In this document: positions 1-9,307 of the stretch, in pieces | Numbering within the stretch: the first letter of the stretch is position 1 | Layout: the number at the start of each line of letters is the position of its first letter | NCBI GenBank assembly: GCA_043827025.1 | Contig: JBDRPL010000029.1 | Location: 1-47,372 of the forward strand | Source: Candidatus Micrarchaeota archaeon | Lineage (GTDB): Archaea > Micrarchaeota > Micrarchaeia > Anstonellales > Bilamarchaeaceae | Length of the DNA stretch: 47,372 nucleotides | Direction: 5' to 3' | Translations under genes and position numbers: made by a program | Notes under the pieces: model-generated | The model's input: the letters and a program-made list of their open reading frames with translations, nothing else | The model's database searches: none | What the model was told of the DNA's origin: nothing

Positions 1-555
1 TTCCTCTACCCCTCGAGAATTGTTCCTGAAAAAAGATTCGGGATTGCAATTGAGGCATTCAAGAGATTTTATGCAAAGGTCAAGGCTAAGGATAAAAAAC
101 GATGGAAGCTAGTAATCGCAGGATACGTACATGATACTGAAAGGGAACATAAATATTTGGCAGAATTGAAAGAAATTAGTAAAGGCTATTCTATAGAGTT
201 TAGGACAAATCTAACTGAGAAAGAGCTCAGATCGCTATATGCGAACTGCTACTCCACGTTGTTCAGCGCGATAAACGAAGATTGGGGCCTCATTCCTTTG
301 GAGTCAATGGCATCTTCAAAACCATGCATCTCAATAGATGAAGGAGGGCCAAGATACAGCATAGTTGATGGAAAAACAGGATTCTTGGTAGGCGATACTA
401 AGCACATGGCAGACAAGATGGTCAAGCTTGCAGAGGATCAGACATTAAATGAAAAGATGGGGAAAGAAGGGCGCAAAAGAGTTGTTCAAAATTACACCTG
501 GAAAATATTCCTAAGCAAACTCAAGAAAAAATTCAAAGAGGTTTCAAAGAAATGA
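1..555 (+). CDS. GT4 (GT-B) glycosyltransferase, C-terminal part; 5' end lies outside the window
   Basis: Frame 1 is open from base 1 (FLYPSRIVPEKRF...). Contains the EDWGLIPLESM EX7E motif and the typical GT4 tail (GGPRYSIVDGKTGFL...YTW). Confidence 0.9.
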   Translation, partial: FLYPSRIVPEKRFGIAIEAFKRFYAKVKAKDKKRWKLVIAGYVHDTEREHKYLAELKEISKGYSIEFRTNLTEKELRSLYANCYSTLFSAINEDWGLIPLESMASSKPCISIDEGGPRYSIVDGKTGFLVGDTKHMADKMVKLAEDQTLNEKMGKEGRKRVVQNYTWKIFLSKLKKKFKEVSKK

Positions 556-1610
556 GAATCTGCATGATAGTTGAGGATTGTCCCCCTGGCGGTGGTGGCG
601 GTGGATTCTTTGTAAAAGAGCTTGCAGAAAGGCTAAGCAAGAAAAACAAGATAATAGTGGTTACACGCGGAGAATATGATTCAGATGAAACCGAAGGCAA
701 TATAATTATCAGAAGGATGAGCGGCAGCAGGATATCGTTTATTGCAAGGGCAGTACATCACCTAATCAAAGCGCCGACCTGTGATATTTATCATGCACAT
801 GGAGTTTTCGCAGGATTAATAGCAAAGAAAGTCCAGCTCTTCAAGCACAAGCCAGTGATATTGCATGTCCACGGATTCAGGAGCAGAGAAATTTCAGGAA
901 TCTTCAAATACGAACTGCAGAAGATGATAACAAAACTCAATTTTGCAAAGATAATAAGCGTTGATGAGGAAAGCACCAGGAAGATGCGAGACCTGGGAGT
1001 GAAAAACGTTGTAACTATTCCTGTTGGTATTGATCGTGATATGTTCAGGCCAGACCCAAAGGCAAGAAAAACAGGCAAGAGATTCCTGTTCGTTGGAAGA
1101 CTTGAGGAAGTGAAAAACATCTGGACGCTTCTGAAGGCATTCGAATCTTTGTACAGTCATGGAACAAGGATAGAACTCTGGATAGCAGGTTCTGGAGGAA
1201 TGGAAAATGAACTGAAAAATTACTGCAGGGGAAGAAGCGAATACCTGCAGACAGTGAAATTCCTAGGCAATGTTGAAAAGGAAGAACTGCCAAAAATATA
1301 TTCGCAATGCGACTTCTTCGTATTGCCTTCATTCAGCGAAGGAATGCCACTTACTTTGCTTGAGGCAATGGCTTCTGGACTTCCATTCATCGTATCGGAC
1401 ATACCTTCCCTTTCAGCAATTGCGAATGGAAGCAAGGGAGGAATAATTTTTGAAACAAGGGACCCAAAGGATCTTGCAGAAAAGATGAAACAGATGATAA
1501 AGGGCAAAAACAGGTTAGGTCCAAATGGCAGGGAATACGTTGAAAAGAAGTTCTCCTGGGAAAAGACAGTCAGGCAAATAGAAAAAGTTTATGCCGAAGT
1601 CGAGGCATGA
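552..1610 (+). CDS. GT4 glycosyltransferase
   Basis: FVGRL..VKN and SFSEGMPLTLLEAMASG (EX7E) motifs; ATGA overlap with the upstream gene. Confidence 0.93.
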   Translation: MRICMIVEDCPPGGGGGGFFVKELAERLSKKNKIIVVTRGEYDSDETEGNIIIRRMSGSRISFIARAVHHLIKAPTCDIYHAHGVFAGLIAKKVQLFKHKPVILHVHGFRSREISGIFKYELQKMITKLNFAKIISVDEESTRKMRDLGVKNVVTIPVGIDRDMFRPDPKARKTGKRFLFVGRLEEVKNIWTLLKAFESLYSHGTRIELWIAGSGGMENELKNYCRGRSEYLQTVKFLGNVEKEELPKIYSQCDFFVLPSFSEGMPLTLLEAMASGLPFIVSDIPSLSAIANGSKGGIIFETRDPKDLAEKMKQMIKGKNRLGPNGREYVEKKFSWEKTVRQIEKVYAEVEA

Positions 1611-3452
1611 CTAGCGGCTGTCTGTGAATTTATACACAAAACCTGAAAATGCATGCCTTGCCTTGTTTATGAAGCCAATAGGCCTGCTTATGTTATTGAA
1701 TTTCATTATAGAATGGTAGATTGCCTTCTCCTTAAGCGTCAGTTTGCCGCTTTCCTTTGCCTTTGCCATGAACCTCCTTGCCTGCTGGAACTGGCCAAGA
1801 ACAGAAGAGGCAAGTGCTGCCGAAATGTAATGTGATTTCGAGTCAACACCCATCTCTGCAAGCCTTCTATGGATTATGACATAATCGCTGTATACCCATT
1901 CCTTGTTTCTCGTGACATTGGTGGAATGAACCCTGTATGCTACAAGTCGTTCTGGGCAATAATAGAATTTGTGCTTCTGGGACAATTTGATGTAAAACCA
2001 CCAGTCATGCGCAAACCTAAGTTCAGGATCGAACTCTCCATAGGTTTTCAAGCATTCCTTCCTGAAAAGAACTGTCGAAGTGCAGCAGATATTTTTAGTC
2101 GTTAAATAATCAAACACATTGCCAGATGCCTTGGAAGTATCGAGCCTGTATAGCTTCCTTATTGTTCCTGTTTTTTTACCTTTTCCATCGATTATATCCG
2201 CATCCGAATGCACCAGATCAGAATCATTGAAGCTTATGAGCTGGAGGACTTGAATGTCAAGTTTTTCCAGATACCAAATATCATCTGAAGAAGTTAATGC
2301 AATATATTTTCCAGTTGCATTTGCAAATCCATCGTTTATCGATCCGCCGTAGCCCATATTTTCTTTGTGATAAATCGCCTTTACTCGCCTGTCTTTCTTT
2401 TCATATTCCTGTATTACTTCCTTTGTGCCGTCCGTAGAGACATTATCGATAAGAATAAGCTCGATATTTTTGTAAGTTTGATTAAGCACTGAATCAACTG
2501 ATTCGCGAATGTAATTGACCTGATTGTAGCAGGGCATGATTACGCTTACCTTGTCTTCCATGTACCCATAAACATCGTCTTCCTTTTTTCTAGCAATCAT
2601 ATCCTTGAGCGCATCCTCCAAGTTCATCATCCTTATTCCCATCGAGATTATCTTGTCTATACTAAGTCCTCCATTCATGGGCCTTGGGGCAACGCCATTC
2701 AATGAAGAGGTTGGAACCCCTTTTATTAGATTCGAATTCAAATTGAAAATGAAAAAGGGTGCCATTCTTTTTGCAAGCGTTTCGCGGTCAATAACTTCTG
2801 GAGCGGCAACATTGAATATCCCATTCGCATTCTTTTTCAAGAGTGCAAGTGTCGCAGAGACCAGGTCTCGCACATAGGTATAATTGGCAAATTGATCATT
2901 TGGAACAACAAGCTCCTTTCCAGATGAAAGGGTATTTCTCAAACGATAGGTGAAGTTCTTGCCTTGCTTTTCCCATCCAAAAATCCCAGTTGTCCTTATT
3001 ATCAGATAATCAAATCCAGAATTGATTATTTTCTGTTCACATTCCAATTTCAATTTTCCATATACATTGATCGGGTTTGGTTTGGAATCTTCCGAATATG
3101 GGCCATTCTTGCCGTCGAAGAGATAATCCGTTGAAAAGAAAACAATCCTCTTGGCGCTATACTTCTCCATGGATTCTAAAATGTTCTCAATCACGCCAAC
3201 ATTATTTCTCTGCGCTGTTTCCGGATCCTTCTCGCAACCGTCAACATAGGCCATTGCAGCAGGTACAATCACAGTTGATGGCGAAAATGTCTGCATCACT
3301 GAATCAAGTTCTTTCTTGTCATTTGCATCCAGCTTAGTAAAGTCTCGAATTGCAACATTACGATAAGTATAATGCCAATCTTTTTCGGATTTGTTCTGGC
3401 GGTAGAATTCGTAGCCAACCAGGCCTGATGCACCAATAACAAGAAAACTCAA
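1611..3452 (-). CDS. Fusion: RmlD-like NDP-4-keto-6-deoxyhexose reductase (SDR) + GT2 glycosyltransferase
   Basis: N-half has GASGLVG, STDYLFDG, YGKLK and PRP. C-half (from 2561) has VSVIMPCYN, DNVSTDGT and SSDD. Start is probably TTG at 3452 after AGGTGA (alternatives 3461 or 3479). Confidence 0.88.
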   Translation of the reverse strand: MSFLVIGASGLVGYEFYRQNKSEKDWHYTYRNVAIRDFTKLDANDKKELDSVMQTFSPSTVIVPAAMAYVDGCEKDPETAQRNNVGVIENILESMEKYSAKRIVFFSTDYLFDGKNGPYSEDSKPNPINVYGKLKLECEQKIINSGFDYLIIRTTGIFGWEKQGKNFTYRLRNTLSSGKELVVPNDQFANYTYVRDLVSATLALLKKNANGIFNVAAPEVIDRETLAKRMAPFFIFNLNSNLIKGVPTSSLNGVAPRPMNGGLSIDKIISMGIRMMNLEDALKDMIARKKEDDVYGYMEDKVSVIMPCYNQVNYIRESVDSVLNQTYKNIELILIDNVSTDGTKEVIQEYEKKDRRVKAIYHKENMGYGGSINDGFANATGKYIALTSSDDIWYLEKLDIQVLQLISFNDSDLVHSDADIIDGKGKKTGTIRKLYRLDTSKASGNVFDYLTTKNICCTSTVLFRKECLKTYGEFDPELRFAHDWWFYIKLSQKHKFYYCPERLVAYRVHSTNVTRNKEWVYSDYVIIHRRLAEMGVDSKSHYISAALASSVLGQFQQARRFMAKAKESGKLTLKEKAIYHSIMKFNNISRPIGFINKARHAFSGFVYKFTDSR

Positions 3453-3457
3453 AAGAT

Positions 3458-3907
3458 TCACCTGTGCTTCAGGCTCCAATCATAGGGAATGTCCTTTGTG
3501 AATGGATCCTTTCTCTGTATCTCATCGGGATCATGAGGTTCTGTTGCGCAATTTGCAACAATCGCAGGCTTTGTTCCTATGCCCTTGAATCCGTTCCATA
3601 CCATTGGCGGAATTTTCACAAGGCAGTAATTGCTTTCGCCGATAAATAGCTCCATCAGCTCTCCTTTTGTCTTTGAGCCTTTGCGATCGTCATACAATAC
3701 TAATTTGATCATTCCCTTGACAACTGCATAATTAAGCGTCATCTTCTTGTGGATGTGCCACCCCTTGATTGCAGTGGGATTGACAACTGAAAAATATATC
3801 TCTCCGAATTTCTCGAAATTCGGTGAATCTGACCGCATCATCTGCATTATCTTCCCGCGCTCATCGCATATCTGTTTCAAGGGGATAACTTCAACACCAT
3901 CAATCAT
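3458..3907 (-). CDS. RmlC-like cupin, NDP-4-keto-6-deoxyglucose 3,5-epimerase family
   Basis: DERG, IKGWHIH and VLYDDR motifs; IPPMVWNGFK; adjacent to rfbG/rfbF-like genes. Confidence 0.85.
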   Translation of the reverse strand: MIDGVEVIPLKQICDERGKIMQMMRSDSPNFEKFGEIYFSVVNPTAIKGWHIHKKMTLNYAVVKGMIKLVLYDDRKGSKTKGELMELFIGESNYCLVKIPPMVWNGFKGIGTKPAIVANCATEPHDPDEIQRKDPFTKDIPYDWSLKHR

Positions 3908-3960
3908 ATCATTACCTCGTTTATTTTTTATTATACTTTTTTTGCTCTGTTTTCAATGTT

Positions 3961-4953
3961 TCAATAGCTAAGTTTCTTCAGCCATTCAGTATACCATTCA
4001 ATTGTTTCCACAAGGCTTTCATCTATGCCCCATTTGCTCTTCCAACCAAGCACTTCCCTTGCTTTCTTGGAGCTTAGATGCTGGTCCCTTATCTCATTAA
4101 CAGCCTCGTTCTTTATCACTGGCTTGATCGTTTTATCCTTGCCCATCAACTTGAGGATTCTGCCAACCAGTTCAAGGACATTCAACTGAACTTCATTGCT
4201 AAAATTAAATGCCTCTCCATGAAAGTTCATCTGCTCTGTTTTCTGCGCCAGAACCTCATAGGCATTAACTGCATCCTTGACATAAATGTAATCGCGTATG
4301 AATTTACCATCGCTTCTTATCTCAACTGAATTATTCATGAAAACACTTTTTATTGTCCCTGGAACAATCCTGCTGAAATTCAAGTCTCCTCCCCCAAAGA
4401 AGTTGCCGCATCTTGAAATTCCAATAGGAAGCGAATATGTCTTTCCATAGCACTGTGCCAATAGGTCAGTGCAGCTTTTAGATGCATCATATGGATTCGA
4501 GCCCTGCAATGGACGATCTTCAGTATAAGGCAGTTTCTTCTGCTCGCCATAAGCTTTATCGCTTGATGCAACAACGATGCTCTTGATGTGTTTATCATGT
4601 AATCTACACGCTTCAAGCACATTCCATGTTCCTTTGATGTTGCTGTTGAAAGTTCCAAGAGGGGAATTGTTTGCAGTTCCTACAATTGTTTGCGCTCCTA
4701 GGTGAATTACAACCTCTGGAAAATATTCGTTCACCACTCTTTCAATAGTATGAAAGTCTTCAAGATCGCCATGAGCTACAGTTACGTTCTCTGAAAGACC
4801 TTCCTCAAAGAACATAGACTTCGGGACATAGTCGCGGGAAACGCACACTATATCCGCCTTCTTCTCGAGAAGGCTCTTTACAAGCCATGAGCCTATAAAA
4901 CCGGTTGAACCGGTTATCAAAACCTTTTTCCCATTAAAATAATTATCTGCCAT
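3961..4953 (-). CDS. rfbG: CDP-glucose 4,6-dehydratase-like SDR
   Basis: GSTGFIGSWL, SSDKAY, YDASK and RCGNFFGGGD motifs; directly downstream of rfbF. ATG at 4953 follows a GAGGT SD. Confidence 0.8.
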   Translation of the reverse strand: MADNYFNGKKVLITGSTGFIGSWLVKSLLEKKADIVCVSRDYVPKSMFFEEGLSENVTVAHGDLEDFHTIERVVNEYFPEVVIHLGAQTIVGTANNSPLGTFNSNIKGTWNVLEACRLHDKHIKSIVVASSDKAYGEQKKLPYTEDRPLQGSNPYDASKSCTDLLAQCYGKTYSLPIGISRCGNFFGGGDLNFSRIVPGTIKSVFMNNSVEIRSDGKFIRDYIYVKDAVNAYEVLAQKTEQMNFHGEAFNFSNEVQLNVLELVGRILKLMGKDKTIKPVIKNEAVNEIRDQHLSSKKAREVLGWKSKWGIDESLVETIEWYTEWLKKLSY

Positions 4954-4961
4954 AGTAATCT

Positions 4962-5729
4962 TTACCTCTGCAATTTCTTCCAAGGAACATTACCAGAATC
5001 CCACATCTCATTCAATTCAAGATAATCCTTATAAGTATCCATGCAATGCCAAAACCCCTCGTGTTTAAGCATTGAAAGCTGTTTTTTTGCAACAAGATTC
5101 GTGAAAGGCTCGTGTTCCAATATGCACCCTTCATCATCTGAAATATAATCAAACATCTCATTTTTGAATGCGAAGAAACCGCCATTTATATACTCGTAAA
5201 GCACTGGCTTTTCAACAAATTCATCTATGACCCCGTTCTTGCCTTCTTTTATGAGGCCGTATTTGGAATGCGGGTGAACTGCGCTTATTGTTCCAACAGT
5301 ATTTTGTTTCTTATGAAAGTCAAGCAGTTTTTTTATGTTGATGTCTGAGAGTCCATCTCCATAGGTTGCAAGGAAATTATCAGAATCAACATACTTCTGG
5401 GCCCTTTTTATCCTCGCACCAGTCTGAGTCTCGAGTCCAGTATGGGCAAAATCTATGTGCCATTTGTCCATTGGCAATGTATCTTTTGGCTTCAAGACGG
5501 TGTTTTCACTTGTGAAAAACTTCTCGATCATGTCGCCCTTGTACCCAAGGCAAAGAACAAAGTCATTGAAGCCATAATAAGAATAAATGTTCATTATATG
5601 AACAAGAATCGGTATTCCTCCAATAGGTACCATTGGCTTTGGCCTGAACTCGGTCTCCTCGTGCAGACGAGTGCCTTTTCCACCACACAGTATAACTACT
5701 TTTGGAGAGCTATCAGTCAATGATTCCAC
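4962..5729 (-). CDS. rfbF: Glucose-1-phosphate cytidylyltransferase
   Basis: LCGGKGTRL..ET..RPKPMV, TYGDG, INGGFF and GFWHCMDT..D motifs. Confidence 0.9.
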   Translation of the reverse strand: MESLTDSSPKVVILCGGKGTRLHEETEFRPKPMVPIGGIPILVHIMNIYSYYGFNDFVLCLGYKGDMIEKFFTSENTVLKPKDTLPMDKWHIDFAHTGLETQTGARIKRAQKYVDSDNFLATYGDGLSDINIKKLLDFHKKQNTVGTISAVHPHSKYGLIKEGKNGVIDEFVEKPVLYEYINGGFFAFKNEMFDYISDDEGCILEHEPFTNLVAKKQLSMLKHEGFWHCMDTYKDYLELNEMWDSGNVPWKKLQR

Positions 5730-5805
5730 CTGTAGTGATTTGTCTGCAGAGTATTTAAATTATTAACTATTACGTCAGTAAACGATGGCAGGGCATCCAA
5801 TAATT

Positions 5806-7194
5806 TCACGAATAATTATCTGAAAATAAAGAATATAAGGACTTCTTGACTTTCTTGAGGAAATGGTATGTCCTTTTATGGTCCCGCAACATCACAGACA
5901 CTCTTTTATGGATGTTATGCGGATCTACCAACGAATCCCAATTCTTATGGTAATGCCTCAACTTTTCCCGATATCCAGGCTGGAATTTGAGAACTGTGTC
6001 TCTTCTTTCATTTGAAAAGTTCTTGTAAAGATCTTCATCCACCAAACCATTGGCAAAGCAATAGTCCCCAAGAACAGTACCATGATAAGGATAGAAGATA
6101 TTGACGCCACTGTAATCAGGCTTAAGCTTCCTGTTGAACTTAATAGTGTCCCACAGCATTTCTTCTGTCTCGCCAGGAACGCCGATTATGTTAATTGCAT
6201 TTGTTTCTATCCCGTATTTTTTGCAAAGGGCAAATGCAGTGACAAGCTGTTCCTCTGAGATATTACGCTGCATTATTGTGTTCCTGACATATTCGTTGCC
6301 AGACTCAACACCAAATTGGATACGTGTACAGCCCGCTTCCTTGATTCTCTTTAATGAGTCATCATCAACAACATTGACCCTTAGCAGACAGATGAACTTC
6401 TTATTGATTTCCTTCTTGTACTTCTCGCAAAATTCAACCATCCATTCGCGGTCAAGGCCAAAGGTATCATCGTAAAGATAAACCTTATTGAATGGGTATT
6501 TCTTTTCAGCATCTTTTATCTCATCTATACATGCATCCACCGGCTTGAAACGGGGCTTGTTCACTGCCATCCCATAAACTTTTGCCAATGCATGGTTGCT
6601 ACAGTAGGTGCACCTAAAAGGGCAGCCTCTTGAAAAGAAGAATGGGGCATAGCCGTTCTTTTGGACATATTCAATGAAAAAGCCGTCCCTTAATGGATGC
6701 GGGACTGCATCAAGGCTTTGTATAAGCGGATTGAGCGGATTTGTGATCACTTTGCCGTCCTTCCTGTGCGCAAGATTATTGACAATAGAATAATCCTCGC
6801 CTTTCTCAACCTTTTCCAGGAAATCTGCAAATGCGAATTCAGATTCTCCAATGAAAAATGCGTCCAGATCATCGCTTTCAGCCAAAGCTGTTGGATATAA
6901 TGTAGGGTGAACACCACCTACAACGACGATCATGTTCTTGTCAACTTCTTTTACCATCTTCGCAGCTGCCTTAACGAATTGGAACTGCGATGAGACAGAA
7001 GTGAATCCTACTACTTTTGGCTTGAAAGTCTTCAAATCCTCTACAAAAGTAGCGAAGTCCTTTTCCTCACGTATTGCAACCACTTTCACATTGTGGCCTT
7101 TGCTGAGCGCCATTGCAGCTATACTACTGAGGCCAAAAGAATACGGAGTTTCATGGAAACCATTGACATTTGTAATTACAAGCAAGACATTCAT
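5806..7194 (-). CDS. Cobalamin-binding (class B-type) radical SAM protein
   Basis: N-terminal B12-binding domain (GGVHPT, GESE), SRGCPFRCTYC CxxxCxxC motif, DDTF, GVESG, and GVPGET. Confidence 0.88.
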   Translation of the reverse strand: MNVLLVITNVNGFHETPYSFGLSSIAAMALSKGHNVKVVAIREEKDFATFVEDLKTFKPKVVGFTSVSSQFQFVKAAAKMVKEVDKNMIVVVGGVHPTLYPTALAESDDLDAFFIGESEFAFADFLEKVEKGEDYSIVNNLAHRKDGKVITNPLNPLIQSLDAVPHPLRDGFFIEYVQKNGYAPFFFSRGCPFRCTYCSNHALAKVYGMAVNKPRFKPVDACIDEIKDAEKKYPFNKVYLYDDTFGLDREWMVEFCEKYKKEINKKFICLLRVNVVDDDSLKRIKEAGCTRIQFGVESGNEYVRNTIMQRNISEEQLVTAFALCKKYGIETNAINIIGVPGETEEMLWDTIKFNRKLKPDYSGVNIFYPYHGTVLGDYCFANGLVDEDLYKNFSNERRDTVLKFQPGYREKLRHYHKNWDSLVDPHNIHKRVSVMLRDHKRTYHFLKKVKKSLYSLFSDNYS

Positions 7195-7255
7195 GCACAT
7201 CAATCTTTTTTTGGTTTGCTAGGTTTTAAAAGTTTAACTGACCTGTGGGAAACTT

Positions 7256-7281
7256 GATGTTCAGAGAAGATGTTCAGAGAA
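7256..7281. repeat. 13-bp tandem duplication (GATGTTCAGAGAA x2)
   Basis: Read directly; it spans the stop codon of the SPASM radical SAM gene. Confidence 0.85.
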
Positions 7282-8290
7282 TATACTCGCCAGTTGCAGG
7301 CATTTCCTCTTTTTGCATATTCTTGTTCTTGATAACTGTCATTCTGAATCCACATTCTGCGCATATCTTTATTCTATGAGATTCCCCTTTGAGATTGGCT
7401 TCCCTGATTTTCTGCATGACTGGACCATGCCATACTTCTTCTATAGTCTGTTTTGTCAAATCGCCAACATCCAGATGTCCGAAATAGTTGCCGTCGCAGA
7501 AAGTAACCTTTCCATTGAACCATACGCTCATGCGCTGATAAGGCTTAGAGCAGTCGAACTCTTTCGAAACAGTTAATGATTTTAGAGATTTCTCATGCCA
7601 ATCACACATATCCGTGACAGCCACTTCATCAGCAATACTCCCCCAGAATTTTATGTAACCTTCGACCTGGCCATGGCTTGTCGGAGAATCAACCATCTGA
7701 AGCCTGACAATTGGCTTTGGAGAACCTCGCTCATTTTTTATGCGCTGGAGATTCTTTATATTATTTAGAACAGAATCGAAATTTCCCCCGATTCTTATTT
7801 TTTCATAGACCTCTTTCTCATATGCGTCAACAGAACATATGATCCTGTCAAGCCCCGCATCTATGAGTTCATTGGCAACCTTCTCAGTAAGAAGGGTGCA
7901 ATTGCTGTTGAACATCACTTCGGTGATTCCTTTTGATTTCGCATAACTCACCATCTTTATGATATCCGGACATAGAAGAGGCTCGCCCCTGTAATTAAGT
8001 TTAATAGAACATAGGCCCTTCTGCGAACCTTCATCAATGATTTTCTTAAAGAAATTGAAGCTCATGTGGCCTTTTGGAGGGGGATTGAAGGATTGAAAGC
8101 AGGTTATGCATTTAAGATTGCAGACACTTGTGGATTCGATATCCATATGGATGGGAACTGCGCCAACAACGTGGTTCTTTGGGTTTTCCTCCCATTTTCT
8201 TCTGTATTCCAGATATTCCGGACTCTGCTCATATTCAGTAGGAATGTGCTTCTTGTAATGAAATGTTGGATTTATCTCTACTCTTCCCAT
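7274..8290 (-). CDS. Radical SAM protein with SPASM/twitch domain
   Basis: CNLKCITC and GEPLL motifs; C-terminal CSKPY...VTFC...CAEC cysteines. Confidence 0.88.
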   Translation of the reverse strand: MGRVEINPTFHYKKHIPTEYEQSPEYLEYRRKWEENPKNHVVGAVPIHMDIESTSVCNLKCITCFQSFNPPPKGHMSFNFFKKIIDEGSQKGLCSIKLNYRGEPLLCPDIIKMVSYAKSKGITEVMFNSNCTLLTEKVANELIDAGLDRIICSVDAYEKEVYEKIRIGGNFDSVLNNIKNLQRIKNERGSPKPIVRLQMVDSPTSHGQVEGYIKFWGSIADEVAVTDMCDWHEKSLKSLTVSKEFDCSKPYQRMSVWFNGKVTFCDGNYFGHLDVGDLTKQTIEEVWHGPVMQKIREANLKGESHRIKICAECGFRMTVIKNKNMQKEEMPATGEYIL

Positions 8291-8311
8291 AAATATCACC
8301 GATTGAGCCCA

Positions 8312-9097
8312 TCACTGGGATTCTATGTGCTTCTTCAGCCTTTCGATTCTTGGATTGTCCTCATCACAAATCTTCATGTAGTGGTGCTTCTTATTCAAGA
8401 GCCAAAGATGCTCGAACTTTATAGCCTTTTGAATCCCTTGCAGCATGTTTTCCTTGCTGTCATGTATATTTGAAAATGTGACCTTCCGCGTCTCATAAAA
8501 ATCAAGCAGCTTCTTTTCAACAAGATATTTTATGAATTCTATTGACCTCGGAGAAAGTCCTCCGCCCATTCCGCACCTGAGGCCTTTTTTCTTGCAGCTT
8601 TGCATTATCTTTTCACAAACTTCCAGGACAATTTTTGATTCGACATCTTCGATATGCATGGAATGGCTTAGGTCGCTTCGCCCAACTGTCACTATCTTCA
8701 AATGCGAGATATCGTTCTTGTTGAGAATGTCTTCTGTGTTGTTGCTGCCAGTAAGCGTCTCGATATTAATACCAATGTCCAAATACTCCACATCTTCCTT
8801 TGGAACCATGTCCTTGACAGCATCCAAATATTTTTTGACAGAATAGGCAGTTTCGACCATCGGAGCAATAATACAGTCTGCACCTATTTGAAGAGCATGG
8901 AACATGTCAGATTTTGCTTCCGCACCTCCAATCTTAATCACCAGGCCAACCCCGCCCCGAGTTGCAATGTCCCTAAGCCTCACCACTTCATCTATGCGGG
9001 CGCCTTCTGCCTCGAATTCTGCTTTCACCTTCAGGACTCCGTAGTTCTGCTTCAGGTCTTTTAGAAGCTCCACCATCTCTCGCTCAAGTTTATTCAT
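8312..9097 (-). CDS. HpcH/HpaI aldolase/citrate-lyase family protein
   Basis: KAEFEAEG, KIGGAEA..D, APMVET, NIET and GRSDL (metal-binding E...D) motifs. Confidence 0.72.
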   Translation of the reverse strand: MNKLEREMVELLKDLKQNYGVLKVKAEFEAEGARIDEVVRLRDIATRGGVGLVIKIGGAEAKSDMFHALQIGADCIIAPMVETAYSVKKYLDAVKDMVPKEDVEYLDIGINIETLTGSNNTEDILNKNDISHLKIVTVGRSDLSHSMHIEDVESKIVLEVCEKIMQSCKKKGLRCGMGGGLSPRSIEFIKYLVEKKLLDFYETRKVTFSNIHDSKENMLQGIQKAIKFEHLWLLNKKHHYMKICDEDNPRIERLKKHIESQ

Positions 9098-9227
9098 AAA
9101 AATCCCATCTTATATCCTAAAGGAATGTCGAAATGATTATCACATACTTGCACATAAAAGTTAAAAAATCTACGTAATCCCGTGCCAAAAATACGTCTTT
9201 TGCCAGATAAATCGAACTGCCATCGAG

Positions 9228-9304
9228 TAAATTTTTAAACCATTCTCCCACATAGTTAATACTAAAAATACCGAATCTACTGAATCAACATTAAAACAGG
9301 TGAA
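9228..9304 (+). promoter_or_regulatory. Putative archaeal TATA box (TTTTTAAA) and AGGTGA SD in a divergent intergenic region
   Basis: TTTTTAAA at about 9232-9239; AGGTGA just before ATG 9308. Confidence 0.5.
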
Positions 9305-9307
9305 AGA

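Noticed and set aside
588..605. Poly-Gly tract in the GT4 as a phase-variable repeat
   Set aside because: It uses mixed GGC/GGT/GGA codons in frame and corresponds to the normal GT4 Gly-rich loop.
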